Origin: Hemiscyllium ocellatum
Taxonomy: Eukaryota
Assembly (NCBI RefSeq): GCF_020745735.1
Contig: NC_083422.1
Span: forward strand, 16,058,001 to 16,122,000
Length of the DNA: 64,000 nucleotides
Reading direction: 5' to 3'
Part shown: piece after piece, positions 25,830 through 38,406 of the stretch
Numbering within the stretch: the first letter of the stretch is position 1
Layout: each line of letters begins with the position of its first letter
The notes under the pieces: model-generated
What the model was told of the DNA's origin: nothing
Seen by the model: the letters and a program-made list of their open reading frames with translations, nothing else
The model's database searches: none
Program-made: the position numbers and the translations under genes

Positions 25830-26520
25830 ATATTAAATAACACAAAGAGGAAAATATTCCCTGGGGTGTTGATTTTTTTTGTTGTTGGTGATGGGCTTTA
25901 ATATATTTTCTGCAGTTAAAAGTAATCAGATACTTTCAGTTTTCATTCTCAACAGCAATCCTGAAAAATCCTCAACTCAAAAATTGTGGGAAGTACAAAA
26001 ATAGTATTAAAGAGCTCGACATGATGTTGTTTTTGTTGCTGATCAAGCAATTGGGGGCAGCATGGTGGCTCAGTGGTTAGCACTGCTGCCTCACAGCACC
26101 AGGGTCCCAGGTTCAATTCTAGCCTTAGGCAACTGTCTGTGTGGAGTTTGCACATTCTCCCTGTGTCTGCGTGGGTTTCCTCCCACAGTCCAAAGATGTG
26201 CAGGTCACGTGAATTGGCCATGCTAAATTGCCTAGAGTGTTAGCTGCATTAGCCAGAGAGAAATGGGTCTGGGTGGGTTGCTCTTCGGAGGGTCAGTGTG
26301 GACTTGTTGGGCCGAAGGGCCTGTTTCCACACTGTAGGGAATCTAATCTAAAAGTGAAGTACAAGCTGACTCTTTTTATTCTGCTTGTCTTGAGTTAAGA
26401 GAGATTTCAGAATAAGTATGTAGTAAATGTATTCACTGTACCTCACTGGTAACACCCCTCTCAGAGTCTGTGGGTTGTGGGAAGCACTGAGAAAGGACTA
26501 TATTGTTGGAGGAACTGACT
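25830..26520 (+). pseudogene. Orphan A/B-type IFIT promoter and exon 1 (ATG->TTG, GT->TT), interrupted by an HE1 SINE
   Basis: Colinear similarity to 3410-3810 and 20745-21120. ISRE-like ACTTTCAGTTTTCATTCTC at 25932-25950. gtcTTGAG|ttaagagagattt at 26390-26396. Confidence 0.7.
26053..26350 (+). mobile_element. HE1 V-SINE inserted in the orphan IFIT exon 1
   Basis: Head ggtggctcagtggttagcactgctgcctcacag and an (aatct)n tail. Confidence 0.85.
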
Positions 26521-27049
26521 TGCAGGTTACAAGTTAAACCGGGGGTGAGATATCCTGGTACACATTCTCTGAGCCTTCAGAGTGTCACTGAGACTCTCTT
26601 GTGGTAATTTTCAGGGAGGATGGTGGATGCAATGGGGTTAGATGGCTTTAAGATACATCCAAATGATATCATACTGTCCAGCGTATCTTTTCCAGTCCTT
26701 TTTATTCACTTGTGTGTTTCTTCTCACAAACAAAGAGACACTTATGCTTCAAACAACCAGCTAACCACTCATTTTCTTTCACTGTATTGATAGCCATCAA
26801 TTCATGCCTTTGTTCATTTTTGGAAAACTAATAGGATATTGGCCAGCCAGTAAATAGAAGTGGACAAGTTAAAATTGGAGCAAACGCCTAGTATTTATTG
26901 TCTTCCAGCACAGAGTGCTTGATATGAACATGTGCAGGAATGATCTCAGTTCCTATGCATTGAGCAGCGTGTGGGTCAGTGACTTGCTGGCAGACCAGGA
27001 ACAGCTGCATCTGGCAGCATTGAGTGGAATCATCACTTGCACAACCCTA

Positions 27050-28040
27050 TCACCACCAAGGTTTAATTATACTACACAGCTTCCATTGTGTGGGAGGGCA
27101 CCTAGCCACACCTTGGTAGACCCACATAGGTGTGAGGGGGGGAATTCAAGGATTTTGACCTAATGATACTGAAGGAACAGTGATATATTTCTAAGTAAGA
27201 ATGGTGATTGGCTTGGAGAGGAAGTTGTAGGCCGTGGTGGTGTTGCCATGTATCTGTGACCCTTGTCCTTCTAGATCAAAGTGGTCATGGGTTTGGAAGG
27301 TGCTGTCTGAGGATCTTTTGTGAATTTCTGATGTTCATCTTGTAGATAGTATACACTGCTGTTACTGAGCGTCAGTGGTGGAGGGAGTGGATGCTTGTGT
27401 TTGTGGTGGCACTCCAAGTATGCTGTTTTGTCTTGGATGGTGTTGAGCTTCTTGAGTGTTGTTGGAGCTGCACTCATCCAGGCAAGTGGAGAGTATTCCT
27501 TCACACTCCTGGCCTGTGTTTTATAGTGAGTAGACAGGCTATGGGGAGTCAGAAGATGAATTACTCGCTGCACTATTCCCAGCCTCTGATCTGCTGTTGT
27601 AGCCACTGTTTTTATGTAGCTAGTTTAGTTAAGTTTCTGGTCAATAGTAACTCCCAGAATTTGATAGTAGAGGTCTCAAGGATGGTCACACCATTGAATA
27701 TCAAGGGATAGTGATTCAATTGTCTCTTATTGGAGGTGGAATTCGCCTAGCGTTTGTGTGGCATGAATATTACTTGGCAGTTTTTAGCCTAAGTCTGGAT
27801 ATTGTCCAGAACACGGACTGTTTCAATATATGAGGGGTCATGAATGGTGTTGAACATTGTGTATTTATCAGAGAACATCCCTACTTCTGATGGAGGGAAG
27901 GTCATTGATGAAAAGGCTGAAGATGTTTGGGCCTACTGGGCTGAGGCCATGACCCTGAGGAACACCTGCAGGTACGTCCTGGAACTGGGATGACTGACCC
28001 TCCAATTAGCACAGGCATCTTCCTATGTGTCAGGTATGAC
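27050..28040 (-). mobile_element. CR1/L2-group LINE (same family as 2560-3235)
   Basis: YKTQARSVKEYSPLAWMSAAPTTLKKLNTIQDK. Confidence 0.75.
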
Positions 28041-29879
28041 ATGATCAAGTCATGGTGGATGAGGATGAAAGGCATCTGTCCAAGTTGGTGCTGATGGTGG
28101 AACATTTGAAACTGGTGAAGTCTCTGAGGGAAGGTAAAGGTGTCCTGGGATCATTGGAAGCTCAGATTTTGGCATAGGGAATTGAACATTTAGGGTACAG
28201 GATCCCCTTGATTCTACAGAGGAAGGGAGTTGTACTCCTGGTCAGGCATTCTACTTGTTGATGGGTAGGAAGCTAGAAAGATTCAGGAAAGACCATAAAC
28301 ACCTGATGCCTGGGTGAGTGAGAATACAAAGTGGGTTGTGACATCCGGAGATTCAATGCAATTGAACTGGTGGCATTCGTGTTATAACATCTGTGCAGGA
28401 AATCCAGTTGTGAAATACTGGGAAGTGATAAAGATGTTCTGGGAAGTCCACAGTACTCCTTGAGGTACAGACAAGAGATTTTGGGGACAGCAGGTACTAT
28501 CTGCCTCAAGATTGAGTGGGATACTGTCACAGAACAGTGTGACCATGCTGTCCCTGATTCACAATAACGTGCTCTTCATTGAAGCAAATACATTTTATTT
28601 TCAAGAAACAACAACCAAATTACAGAGGAGGCAGAGTTAAGATCAACAAAAAAGGTTGAGTTATTGGGTCGAATAATCTTTTTCTGTAGCTATGTTGCTC
28701 TATGTTTACAGAAAGCTCTGCAGAGTTCTGCAAAAATGCAAAATGACCCAGATTGGCCAGTTTTTATATAGTTGGATTCTGTGCATATTGCAATGACACA
28801 TCAGATGTCTCAGGAGTCCTCATGGAGTGAGTCTGTAAGAATTGTTGAGGATGTTTATAATTCCCCATCTCCCAGCAAGTCTGAATGTAGGTCTGTAGCC
28901 TGAGTAAATATTTTGAAAAGGCCTAGGTAATATTTTGAGGTTTTCACATGGGGATGTATGATTCTTGACCATTTACTGAAATTCAAAGGGCTGCAGTTCA
29001 AATTAATAAGAAGTCATAAACTCTGGTTCAATCCCCTGAAGATATGAATTAGAGTAGATTTATTTTAACTCTTTCATTATGTGGCTTAAGAGAAACCTGA
29101 AAATCACATTTACAAATGTTTATTTTGAAGAACTTTCAAAAAAGGTTGTTTAAATATTTAAACTGTACTTGAACAATACAAATATAATGAATTTTGTAAC
29201 ATATATAGGAAATAGTGCTATTATCAGTTTTAAAAGGCTATCAGCTGTTACAGAGATCCTTCTATTTCTCATGGTGAGAATTTTTAATGTATTGCTTTCA
29301 ATAGTCTTTTCCAAGTACAAGGTGATTAAATGTTCAAAGTGAAAGTTCTGGAGATGTAGCAAAAGGTCCGACGCCGGTATTAAACATGTGACTGAATTGC
29401 TGAGATGAATTTTCAACGTGGTACCTTATATTACATTTCACTCTGAATTGGTCATTACAGAATTCCCTTACATTTGGCTACCATCACCTGCAGGTTTACA
29501 AAATGTCTTTTTCTAGTGAAGTTTCCATGGAGGACATCATGTTGATATTCTTGATAACACAAGGCTCATCAAAGGAAGGTCCTGCATCATTGTCGCCTGT
29601 GTGTGCAGAGGATCAGTTCATCCACCCCAGAGAGTGTACACACTAAGAACATCCTGTAAAATGATGTCTGATGTCCGAGGCACTTTGCCAAAGATGCAGT
29701 TGAATGTGAGAAATGAAAACAAAGAACTGCAAATGCTGGAGATCTGAAAGCAACATAGAAATGCTGGTGAAGCTCAGCAGTTGTGGGGAGAAAGCAGAGT
29801 TAACGTTTTAGAGTCCAGTGACTCTTATTAGAACAGAACATAATAGGATGCTTCTGTGAGGTGTTGAATGAAAATTTGG

Positions 29880-30545
29880 TGCCATACTTGATATGCCAAA
29901 CACTTAGCAGTGGTGACGAAAGCCAATATAGCACCAAAATTCTTCATTTCTAGTTTATTTCAATGTGGGACTGGTGGCGTGCAATATCTCACAGTTTACT
30001 GCACTAACCTGGTGACCGAGAAAGGTTTGGGATTCATTGACTTTGATATGTCCTGTATGAAAATTAGGAAGACACCTTTCACTTTCCACAAGGATTGAAG
30101 GCTTCCTGAAGGTGAATGCGACTGTTGACAGATCAGATTCCATTGAAGGCACTTCAACAGGATACTGTTTCATTTATCAGCAGGGCAGGTTTCCATTCTT
30201 TGAAAGTAATTAATGCAGATTCTAGACATGAATACAAGAAGTACAGGGAAGTACACATGATTGATTCATTTCATCAAACTCAAGGATGTAACAGGCAATG
30301 ATTTATATACCAGCAATTATGGAGTGACGTTTTGGTATCATGGCTTATGATACTATTTTACAGGATCATCATTAAGGTGCAAGAACGTTATAACATCACT
30401 CATGCTGCACTGTGTCAAGTGGTGCAGTGGACAATTGGACTACTCAAGTTATGTTTTTGATGTTTGGACAGGTCAGGCATATCTTAGAATGCTTTCCTGT
30501 GACTGCATCCAAGATTGTGGTTGTGTGTTGTACTTTCCAACTGGG
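29880..30545 (+). mobile_element. PIF/Harbinger transposase relic
   Basis: FISRAGFHSLKV resembles NRKGFHSLNVQ; FPVTASKIVVVCCTF resembles YSPERVSRIIVACCILHN. Confidence 0.5.
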
Positions 30546-31469
30546 ACTCAATCTTACCTTGGAGAGGACCAGATCAACAGTCCAAGATGGTGGCAGAGTA
30601 GGACCGTCCAGCCAGAGCTCGTCAGCTGTGCCCTTCCTCGCCTTCCTTTCTTCTCTTTTTTTCCCTCATAGTGCTTTTTTGCTTTCTTCTCTCATGGCCT
30701 CCAATGATTCCCAGCCTCTGGTGATGATTCCTCAGCCTCCAATGACAATTCTCAGTCTGGTGCGGTGGCCTCCCACCGAGGTATGGCAATCTGAACTGCT
30801 TGAGCTCACCTCCTCGGAGCCCTCCCTCACCATCGCCACCTGCTGATGGAGATTTCATTACACAGTCCAGCAGAGTGGACTATCAGCAAGTGACAGCACA
30901 GCAGCTAAAGCTGGAGAATCAGGACGTAACAATGAGGAAAGACAGATTGGGTGTAAGGAAGATACAAGGTGGCTCTTGTCAGATCCTGCCTCTGGGCCCC
31001 AGGATGATCAATTATTTTTTGATGAACTTACCTCATGGAAACCTTCTGACTCATGATCCAACTTCTGGTGGGTTTTCTGATTTAGGAATTGTTGGCAGTC
31101 AGATCAGGACAAGGAAGGATTGGGTGAGTCCCTCAATCCCCCTTCACAGCTTCCCAGCCCAGGTTATGTCAGGTGGTGAAGTGAGCAAGTTATAAATAGG
31201 GGCTTTGAAATTCAATTATTGTAAATGTGAGTTTATTTCTATTAACAAACTCCTTGACCAATATTCCAAAGAAAGGATTTTCATGGACCAGTGCCACAGA
31301 ACTGATTCAACTGAAAATGCCATTGATTTCTTCTTCAATTTTAATTCCAATGGAGAACAGTGCTCGGACCGTTTTCTTTTCCAAATGAATCTCTACAATA
31401 CAGGTAGAGACCATTCTGTCCAGCAGGGCTGTACCCAACCCTTTGCAAAGCATCCCCACATGTCCACAT

Positions 31470-31735
31470 ATACCATATAACATAGAACATTACAGGTCCT
31501 TCAGCCCTCGATGTTGTGCCAAGCTGTGAAACCAATCTGAAGATCATCTAACCTACTTTTTTCCATTATCATCCATATATTTATCCGATAATCATTTAAA
31601 TGTCCTTAATGTTGGTGAATCCATTACTATTGCAGGCAGTGCGTTCCACACCCCTACTACTCTCTGAGTAAAGAACCTACCTCTGACATCTGTCCTATAT
31701 CTATCACCCCTCACTTTAAAGCTATGTCCCCTCAT
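31470..31735 (-). mobile_element. CR1 LINE 3' end
   Basis: RGHSFKVRGDRYRTDVRGRFFTQRVVGVWNALP. Confidence 0.75.
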
Positions 31736-31992
31736 GCTGACCAAGGCTAATCCACATAACCTGCACGTGTTTGGAGTTGTGACAAAATCAGAGCACACGG
31801 TGAAAATCCAAGCAGATTCGGGGAGAGCATGCAGTCTCCACCCAGACAGCCTGAGAGTGGAGTTGAAATGAAAAGGAGCACAGTCGAGGATTATGCAGCA
31901 GTTCTTCCTGCGATTGGACTTGCTGTGTAGACAACAGGAAGAGTCACCAATGACTGTAGCTGTCATGTGCTTTTGAACAGCCCCCAGACAGA

Positions 31993-32018
31993 CAGAGAGA
32001 GAGAGAGAGAGAGAGAGA
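31993..32018 (+). repeat. (AG)n microsatellite
   Basis: Read directly. Confidence 0.9.
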
Positions 32019-32713
32019 CAGCAGTCACCACAGAAGAGACAATTCTTACGTAGAACAAAATCCATCGACAGATGACCAAGTGCCAACTCAGAGCAATCAT
32101 GTCAAACTAACATCAGTTGTAGGATGAGGATGCACAGTTATATAGAATGGACAGCATTCCCCTCCCCCTTACTTGAAGGCAAACAGCTGCCTTTAACCTC
32201 TTTGTCAGTGGATCATTTCGGGGTTCTCTATGGCATTTCACTGTCCTCACTTCTGACCTGCATGTGGAATGTCACAAATATTCTCTTCACAGAAGATATT
32301 TATTTTGTTCCCTAATGACGTGGGGACTGAGACAAGTAAGGGTATGAGAATTCTTAAACCCTGCAGGTTGCAATTGATTAAATCCACAAAGCTATCAGAG
32401 TGAACCAGCAGTCTTTCTGAACAGAAATGGATTACATTCATTTTAAATGGAATATACTCTCCCACTTCCATGATGACTGCAACTGGATTGAGACTGGATA
32501 TTATTTAACTTGCACAATTACCTGTCGGCCCTCATGACACATTCTTCAAGGATTGAGTCATTTGTCTAACTGATTTGACATACCCCTGAATGTTGGTGCT
32601 AAAATGGGTTACTGTACCAAACAGAGTGAAATTACATTAGGGAGTGATAATATTATTTCATTGCTGGCAATTCAGTGAAGATTCATTAGGATGCTTTTAT
32701 TAACAAAATCGTA

Positions 32714-33008
32714 CAATGTGGAAACAGGCTCATTGGCCCAACCAGTCCACACCGACCCTCCGAAGAGTCTCCCACCCAGACCAATTCCCCTACCTTATAT
32801 GTACTCCTGACTAATAACCTACATTAGCATGGCCAATGCACCTGACCTGCACATCTTTGGGAGGAAACCGGAGCACCCGGAGGAAACCCACACAGACATA
32901 GGGAGAATGTGCAAACTCCACACAGACAATCACCCGAGGCCAGAATCGAACCCAGGTCCCTGGCGCAGTGAGGCAGCAGTGCTAACCACTGAGCTACCGT
33001 GCTGCCCC
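32714..33008 (-). mobile_element. HE1 V-SINE (followed by a + strand CR1 3' end, 33010-33440)
   Basis: Family sequence, then TRGHMLRIKG...NLWNSLP downstream. Confidence 0.8.
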
Positions 33009-34239
33009 CAATTGCTGGTATTGAAGGACTGTATTCAGAGCAAAAGCTAAACAGGTTGGGACTCATTGGAGTTGAGAAAAATGAAACAGATGGAATTCTT
33101 GAGGGGATTGGCACAATAAATGCGGAGGGAATGTTTCCACTCATGGGGGAGTCTGGAACCAGGGGGCATATGCTCAGAATAAAGGGACACCAATTTAAGA
33201 CTCGTGTACGGAGGAATTTCTTCTCTGAGAATCTTTGGAACTCCCTGCCACACAGACAGCTGTGTAGACAGAGTCTTTGTGTACATATAAGGCTGAGATA
33301 GATGGATTCTTAATAGGTAGGAACATCATGGGTAATGGTGAAAGGGCACAAAAGTGGACGTGAGGAATGTTGGATTAGAATGATCATATCAAATGGCTGG
33401 AGGGGCTGAATGGCCTCATCCAATTCCTATTTCTTCTGGAGTTAACTCCATGATGAAAATTGTCAATTTTTTCCAAATCTAGAAATTCCTACTTCTGTTC
33501 CTCTATCCCTGCTATCCCTGAAGTACTATAGAATTCCGGCAATTCCAGAGCAGTCTCACTCACAGGGTTCCCATTACATTGGGCAGTTTATCAAAAATTA
33601 CTATTCCAGCCACGCCTTGAGTCCGCAATTCTAATCTGGACATGAAGATGAAACCACACCAGTGCTGCTTTGTTTCATTTCCTCAATTTATTCTCGAATA
33701 CACTCTAACATGATAAACAAAACAAGGCATACACAAACATTCGGCTCAGTGATCTTTGTCCCACTGTCACCAGAAATTCTAAGCAAATAAAATATTGTTT
33801 TGAAGATGCAAAACAAATAGTACACCTGTGATCTGAACAGTTCCAATAAGTACACTGACTCATGAGAGTCTTGGTTCAAACATGAAAAATGAGTAACATG
33901 ATCTGGATAAAGTCGATTGCCATGCAAATTACCAGGCCATTACCATCTCCAGTAAGAGACAATCTAACCACTTCCCCTAGACATTCAATGGTGTTACCAT
34001 TACTGAATCCCCCATTATCAATATTTGGGAGCTACAGTTGACGAGAAATTCCACAGGTTGAACCTAAAAAAACACAGCAGCTGTAACAGCAGGTCAGAGG
34101 CTAAGAATATTGCAGTGAGTAACTCACTTCCTGGCTGCCCAACGCTCGTCCACCAACCACAAGACACAAGGCAGGAGTGTCGTGGAACTCACCTGGAACA
34201 CTCAAGAAGCTTAACACTATCCAGGATAAAGCTGCCCAC

Positions 34240-35420
34240 TTGGACAGAGAAGGGACAGGAATGGTTGTTGCAGGTTCTGGGACTTAGATGTTTCAGTAAG
34301 AAAAGAGAAGGTGGTAAAAGAGAGGAAGGTGTGGCATTGTTGATCAGGGACTGTATTACAGTGGCAGAAAGGATGTTTGAGGACTTGTCTACTGAGGTAA
34401 TATGGGCTGAGGTGAAAAACAGGAAAGGAGAGATCACCTTGTTGGGGGTTTTGTATAGGCCTCTGAATAGTTGCAGAGATGTAGAGGAAAGGATAGCAAA
34501 GATAATTCTGGATAAGAGCAAGAGTAACAGGGTAACTGTTATGGGGTCTTCAACTTTCCAGATATTGACTGGAAATACGATAGTTTGAGTACTTTAAATG
34601 GGTCAGTTTTTGTCCATTGTGTGCAGGACAGTTTACTGGCACAGTATGTAGACAAGCCAACAAGGGGTGAGGCCACATTGGATTTGGTACTGGGTAATGA
34701 ACCCAGCCACATGTTAGATTTGGAGGTAGGTGAGCACTTTGGTGATAGTGACAATTTTGTTATGTTTATTTTCGCGATGTAAAAGGATAGGTATATAACA
34801 CAGGGCAAGAGTTATTGCTGGGGGAAAGGCAATTATGATGCGATTAAGCAAGATTTAAGTTGCATACGATCGGCAATGAAACTTCAGGGGATGGGCATAA
34901 TTGAAGTGTGGAGCTGATTCAAGGTACAGATACTGTATGTGCTTGATAAGTATGTACCTGTCAGGCAGGGAGGAAGTGGTCGAGCAAGGGAGCCGTGGTT
35001 TACTAAAGAAGTTGAAACTTTTGTCAAGAGGAAGACGGTGGCTTACGTTAAGAAGGCTCAGTTCGGGCAATTGAGAGTTACAATTTAGCCAGGAAAGACC
35101 TAAAGAGAGAGTGAAGAAAAGCCAGGAGAGGGCATGAGACACGTTGACAGATAAGATCAAGGAAAACCCTCAGGCTTTCTATAGGTATATCAGAAATAAA
35201 AGAATGACTAGAAAAAGATTACGGCCAATCAAAGATAGCAGTGGGAAGTAGTGTGTGGAGTCTGAGGAGATAGGGGAAGCACCAAATGAATATTTTTCAT
35301 CAGTATTCACACTGGAAAAAGCCAATGTTGTCAAGGAGAATACTGAGATACAAGGCTGCTAGACTAGACAGGATTGAGGTTCACATGAAGGAGATGTTAG
35401 CAATTCTCGAAGGTGTGAAA
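34240..35420 (+). mobile_element. CR1 LINE ORF2 endonuclease region
   Basis: EVIWAEVKNRKGEITLLGVLYRP and PTRGEATLDLVLGNEP...HFGDSD are APE endonuclease motifs; frameshifted. Confidence 0.85.
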
Positions 35421-35604
35421 AGCCGAGAGGCAGCTCGGCTCCATTACAGTATCACTGCATACCGGAATACCACACCCCCATGTTACAGAGCCAGGCCCTG
35501 TGCTCTGTCCAATATTCATTCATAATAAACAGTCATCAGGGGAAGGCTCCTTTATCTAAGAAACCTGAAACTGATGAATCACCTTCTGTATCGAATCCCC
35601 TCCT

Positions 35605-35920
35605 GTGTAGAAATAGGCCCTTTGGCCCAACAATCCACACCGTCCCTCCGAAGGGTATCCCAACCAGACTCATTCCCCTATTACTCTGCATTTTCCTCAA
35701 ACCTACACATCCCTGAACAATATGGGCAATTTAGCATGACCAATTCATCTGGCCTGCGGACTTTGGATTGTGGGAGGAAACCTGTGCACCCAGAGGATAC
35801 CCACACAGACACGGGGAGAACGTGCAAACTCCACACAGACAGATGCCTAAGGGTGGAATCAAACCTGGGTCCCTGACCCTGTAAGGCAGCAGTGCTAACC
35901 ACTGAGCCATTGTGCCACGC
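35605..35920 (-). mobile_element. HE1 V-SINE directly upstream of the pseudogene promoter
   Basis: Family sequence. Confidence 0.8.
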
Positions 35921-35942
35921 TGTCCTGGTGCATTTCTGCAAT

Positions 35943-36300
35943 TGCTGAATCACTTTTTAGTTTCAATTCCCTGTCATTGTGCATTTCATGCCTCAAGGAG
36001 TCTGCATCTGAAAGATGTGAAGAGTGTGGTTGGTGTCTGTGTATCAGAGATATAAATATGTGTGGCCATCCAGCTCCTCAGACAGATGAGAAGGGTGTGG
36101 TTGGTGTGTTTATATTTGTAGCTTTGGAAACTGAGCACCCTTTATTCTGGTCATCCAGCTCCTCAGACAATAGAGGGAAACGAAAACAAACAGCCAGCGT
36201 ATCCTCCGGGATCACCATGGGGTAAGTGAGATGTTCATGTGTCCATATCATGTACAGTATCATCAGCTGGAGCTCAGTGTTCTCCCTCCTGTCTCTGAAT
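35943..36300 (+). pseudogene. Promoter and exon 1 of the C-like IFIT pseudogene (ATG GG at 36217-36221, intact GT donor)
   Basis: Clear similarity to the reverse complement of 53690-53975 (gene C promoter/exon 1), including atcaccATGGG|gtaagtgagat. The ISRE is eroded to TTTTTAGTTTCAATTCC. Confidence 0.8.
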
Positions 36301-38406
36301 TGTGAGTACCTTTTCCTAGTTTCAGGCTCATTTGCACATTCAGGAAGCATTTTCATGTGATTCATGGCAGAACAACATAAATCCGTCGTAAGACAGAATG
36401 ACACACATTCTAATCAAACAACTCACCATTGGAAATTGATTTGAAGTCAAGAAAGGAATTCAGTAAGTTTCCAGCTGATCTGTATTATGAGGTAGCATTG
36501 TTAGAATTTCAATAGTACTTAAATTTACATTCAGACAATTAAATAAGGAGCTTGTTTTCTGCCAGCAATCATTACAGAGAAATTGAATTCCACAGAGCTG
36601 GGATTGTTATTTTGATTTCTTCTTGGGATGCCAGCATCCTTGGCTGGGCAAACATCTATTGCCCCTCTCAATTCCCATTGTTGTGGCGATGGTACAGCAC
36701 CTCTTTATCTGTTTTGTGCTGTAGTTACACCCATAGTGCTTTTACACCCATAGTGCTATTATGGAGGATGTTCCAGGATTTTGGCATGGCCACAGTGAAG
36801 GAATGGCAGTATAGTTTTAAATTAGCGTGATTTTGAGGGGTTCAATGCTATTGATGCCATTATCCTTTTGGATGGAACAGATTTCATGTTTGAAAGGGAT
36901 TGTTGAAGAAGCCTTGATGTATTGTTTCCCTACCTGTTGTAAATGGTACACATTGTGTACTAACGGCAGAGGGTGTGAATGTTAAAACTGTTAGAGAGGG
37001 ATGCTTTATCCCGAATGTTCAGAGCATCATTGTAACTAGCACTCATCCAGATTGGAAAGTATTCCTGACTTGTGCCTTGCAGATGGCAGACAGTATTTGG
37101 GGGGTCAGGAGGTGAATTAATTGCCACTGCAGTCATAGAGTTTCTATGGCTGGTAGGGTTACATTTCTCATTAATGCTAACTTCTGGAAATGTTAACAGT
37201 GAATGATTCAGTGATGGTAATGTCATTGAATATCAAAGGGAGATAGTTAGACTCTTTTTTGTTGGACACAGTCATTGATTTTGTTTATAAACATTATTTG
37301 CCACGTGCTAGTGCAAACAAAGAGCACGTAAGTTAAGAACAGAAGTAGTCCATTCAGTTCCTTTAGTCTACTTTGCCATTTATAGCTGATCTAATTAGGG
37401 TCTCTGATCCAAATTTCCTTTTACCTGTAATAGCCATTTATTTCCTGCTGGTCAAAACTATATACGTCTTTGCCTTAAAAGATACTCGATGATACCTTCC
37501 CCCCATCCATTTCCCAGAGAGCTCTGTGGGTGATCAAATTCTAAAGGCTCATGACTCAGAAGAAGCAAATGCTCCTCATCTCCATCTGAAATGGGAGAAC
37601 ATTCATTTCTAAAAAGGTATATCTTAGTTTGAGCCCTAAGGGAGACATCCTTCCAGCATCCAGCTTGTCAAATCTCTCCGATTCCATACCTTGATAAGGA
37701 CACCTCCCATTCTTCAGAACTCCAGTGGAAGGAGCCCCAGCCTGACGCATCTCTCCTCAGGAGATAACCGCCTGATCCAAGGTATCAGTTGAGAGACCCT
37801 CCTCTGAACTGCTTCACATACACTTAAATAGTGCATACAATCTTTAATATCCAGCTAAAGCAGTGTTCTATCACCTCAAGAATGATATAGTGGAAAGTTT
37901 CCATCAGGATGAGAATCAGTTCATGGACAATAGCCTCTTTGACTGGTTAATGAAATGCTTTTCTGATCAGCTTTCTGTTTCGCAGATACATTCTCTCTCG
38001 GTGTGTTTGAAGCACGGTCTGTGTGGAAGAGCAGCTTGATAGTCCAGATTAACAGAGAGATACAGGACTAGCATGAGGGAGGAGGGGTGAGTAAGAAGGT
38101 TAAATGGCCAGAGTAGATTAAATGAGGGGCCTCCATTTCAGAATGGAATGTAACATGAAACACAGAGGCATTGGGCAAATGAGAGGCAGATTATTGACTT
38201 GTACCACTGTACTTCCTTAACTTATTGAGGGTTCATATGGTTGAAGCTTTTCTGAGCACTGAGTAAGAAGATTAAATGGCCAGAGAAGATAGTAAGTACA
38301 CCAGCAAGCAAAAGGAGAGAAGTGTGTGAACAGCCAGGACTTTGTTATGCAGAGCTGTTTGTTGAGATGATCTTTCTAAGGTTTCTACGAGATGATCTTT
38401 CTAAGC

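Noticed and set aside
30402-31195. Overlapping 78-144 aa ORFs as a gene
   Set aside because: No recognisable domain beyond the Harbinger relic, and no convincing splice structure.
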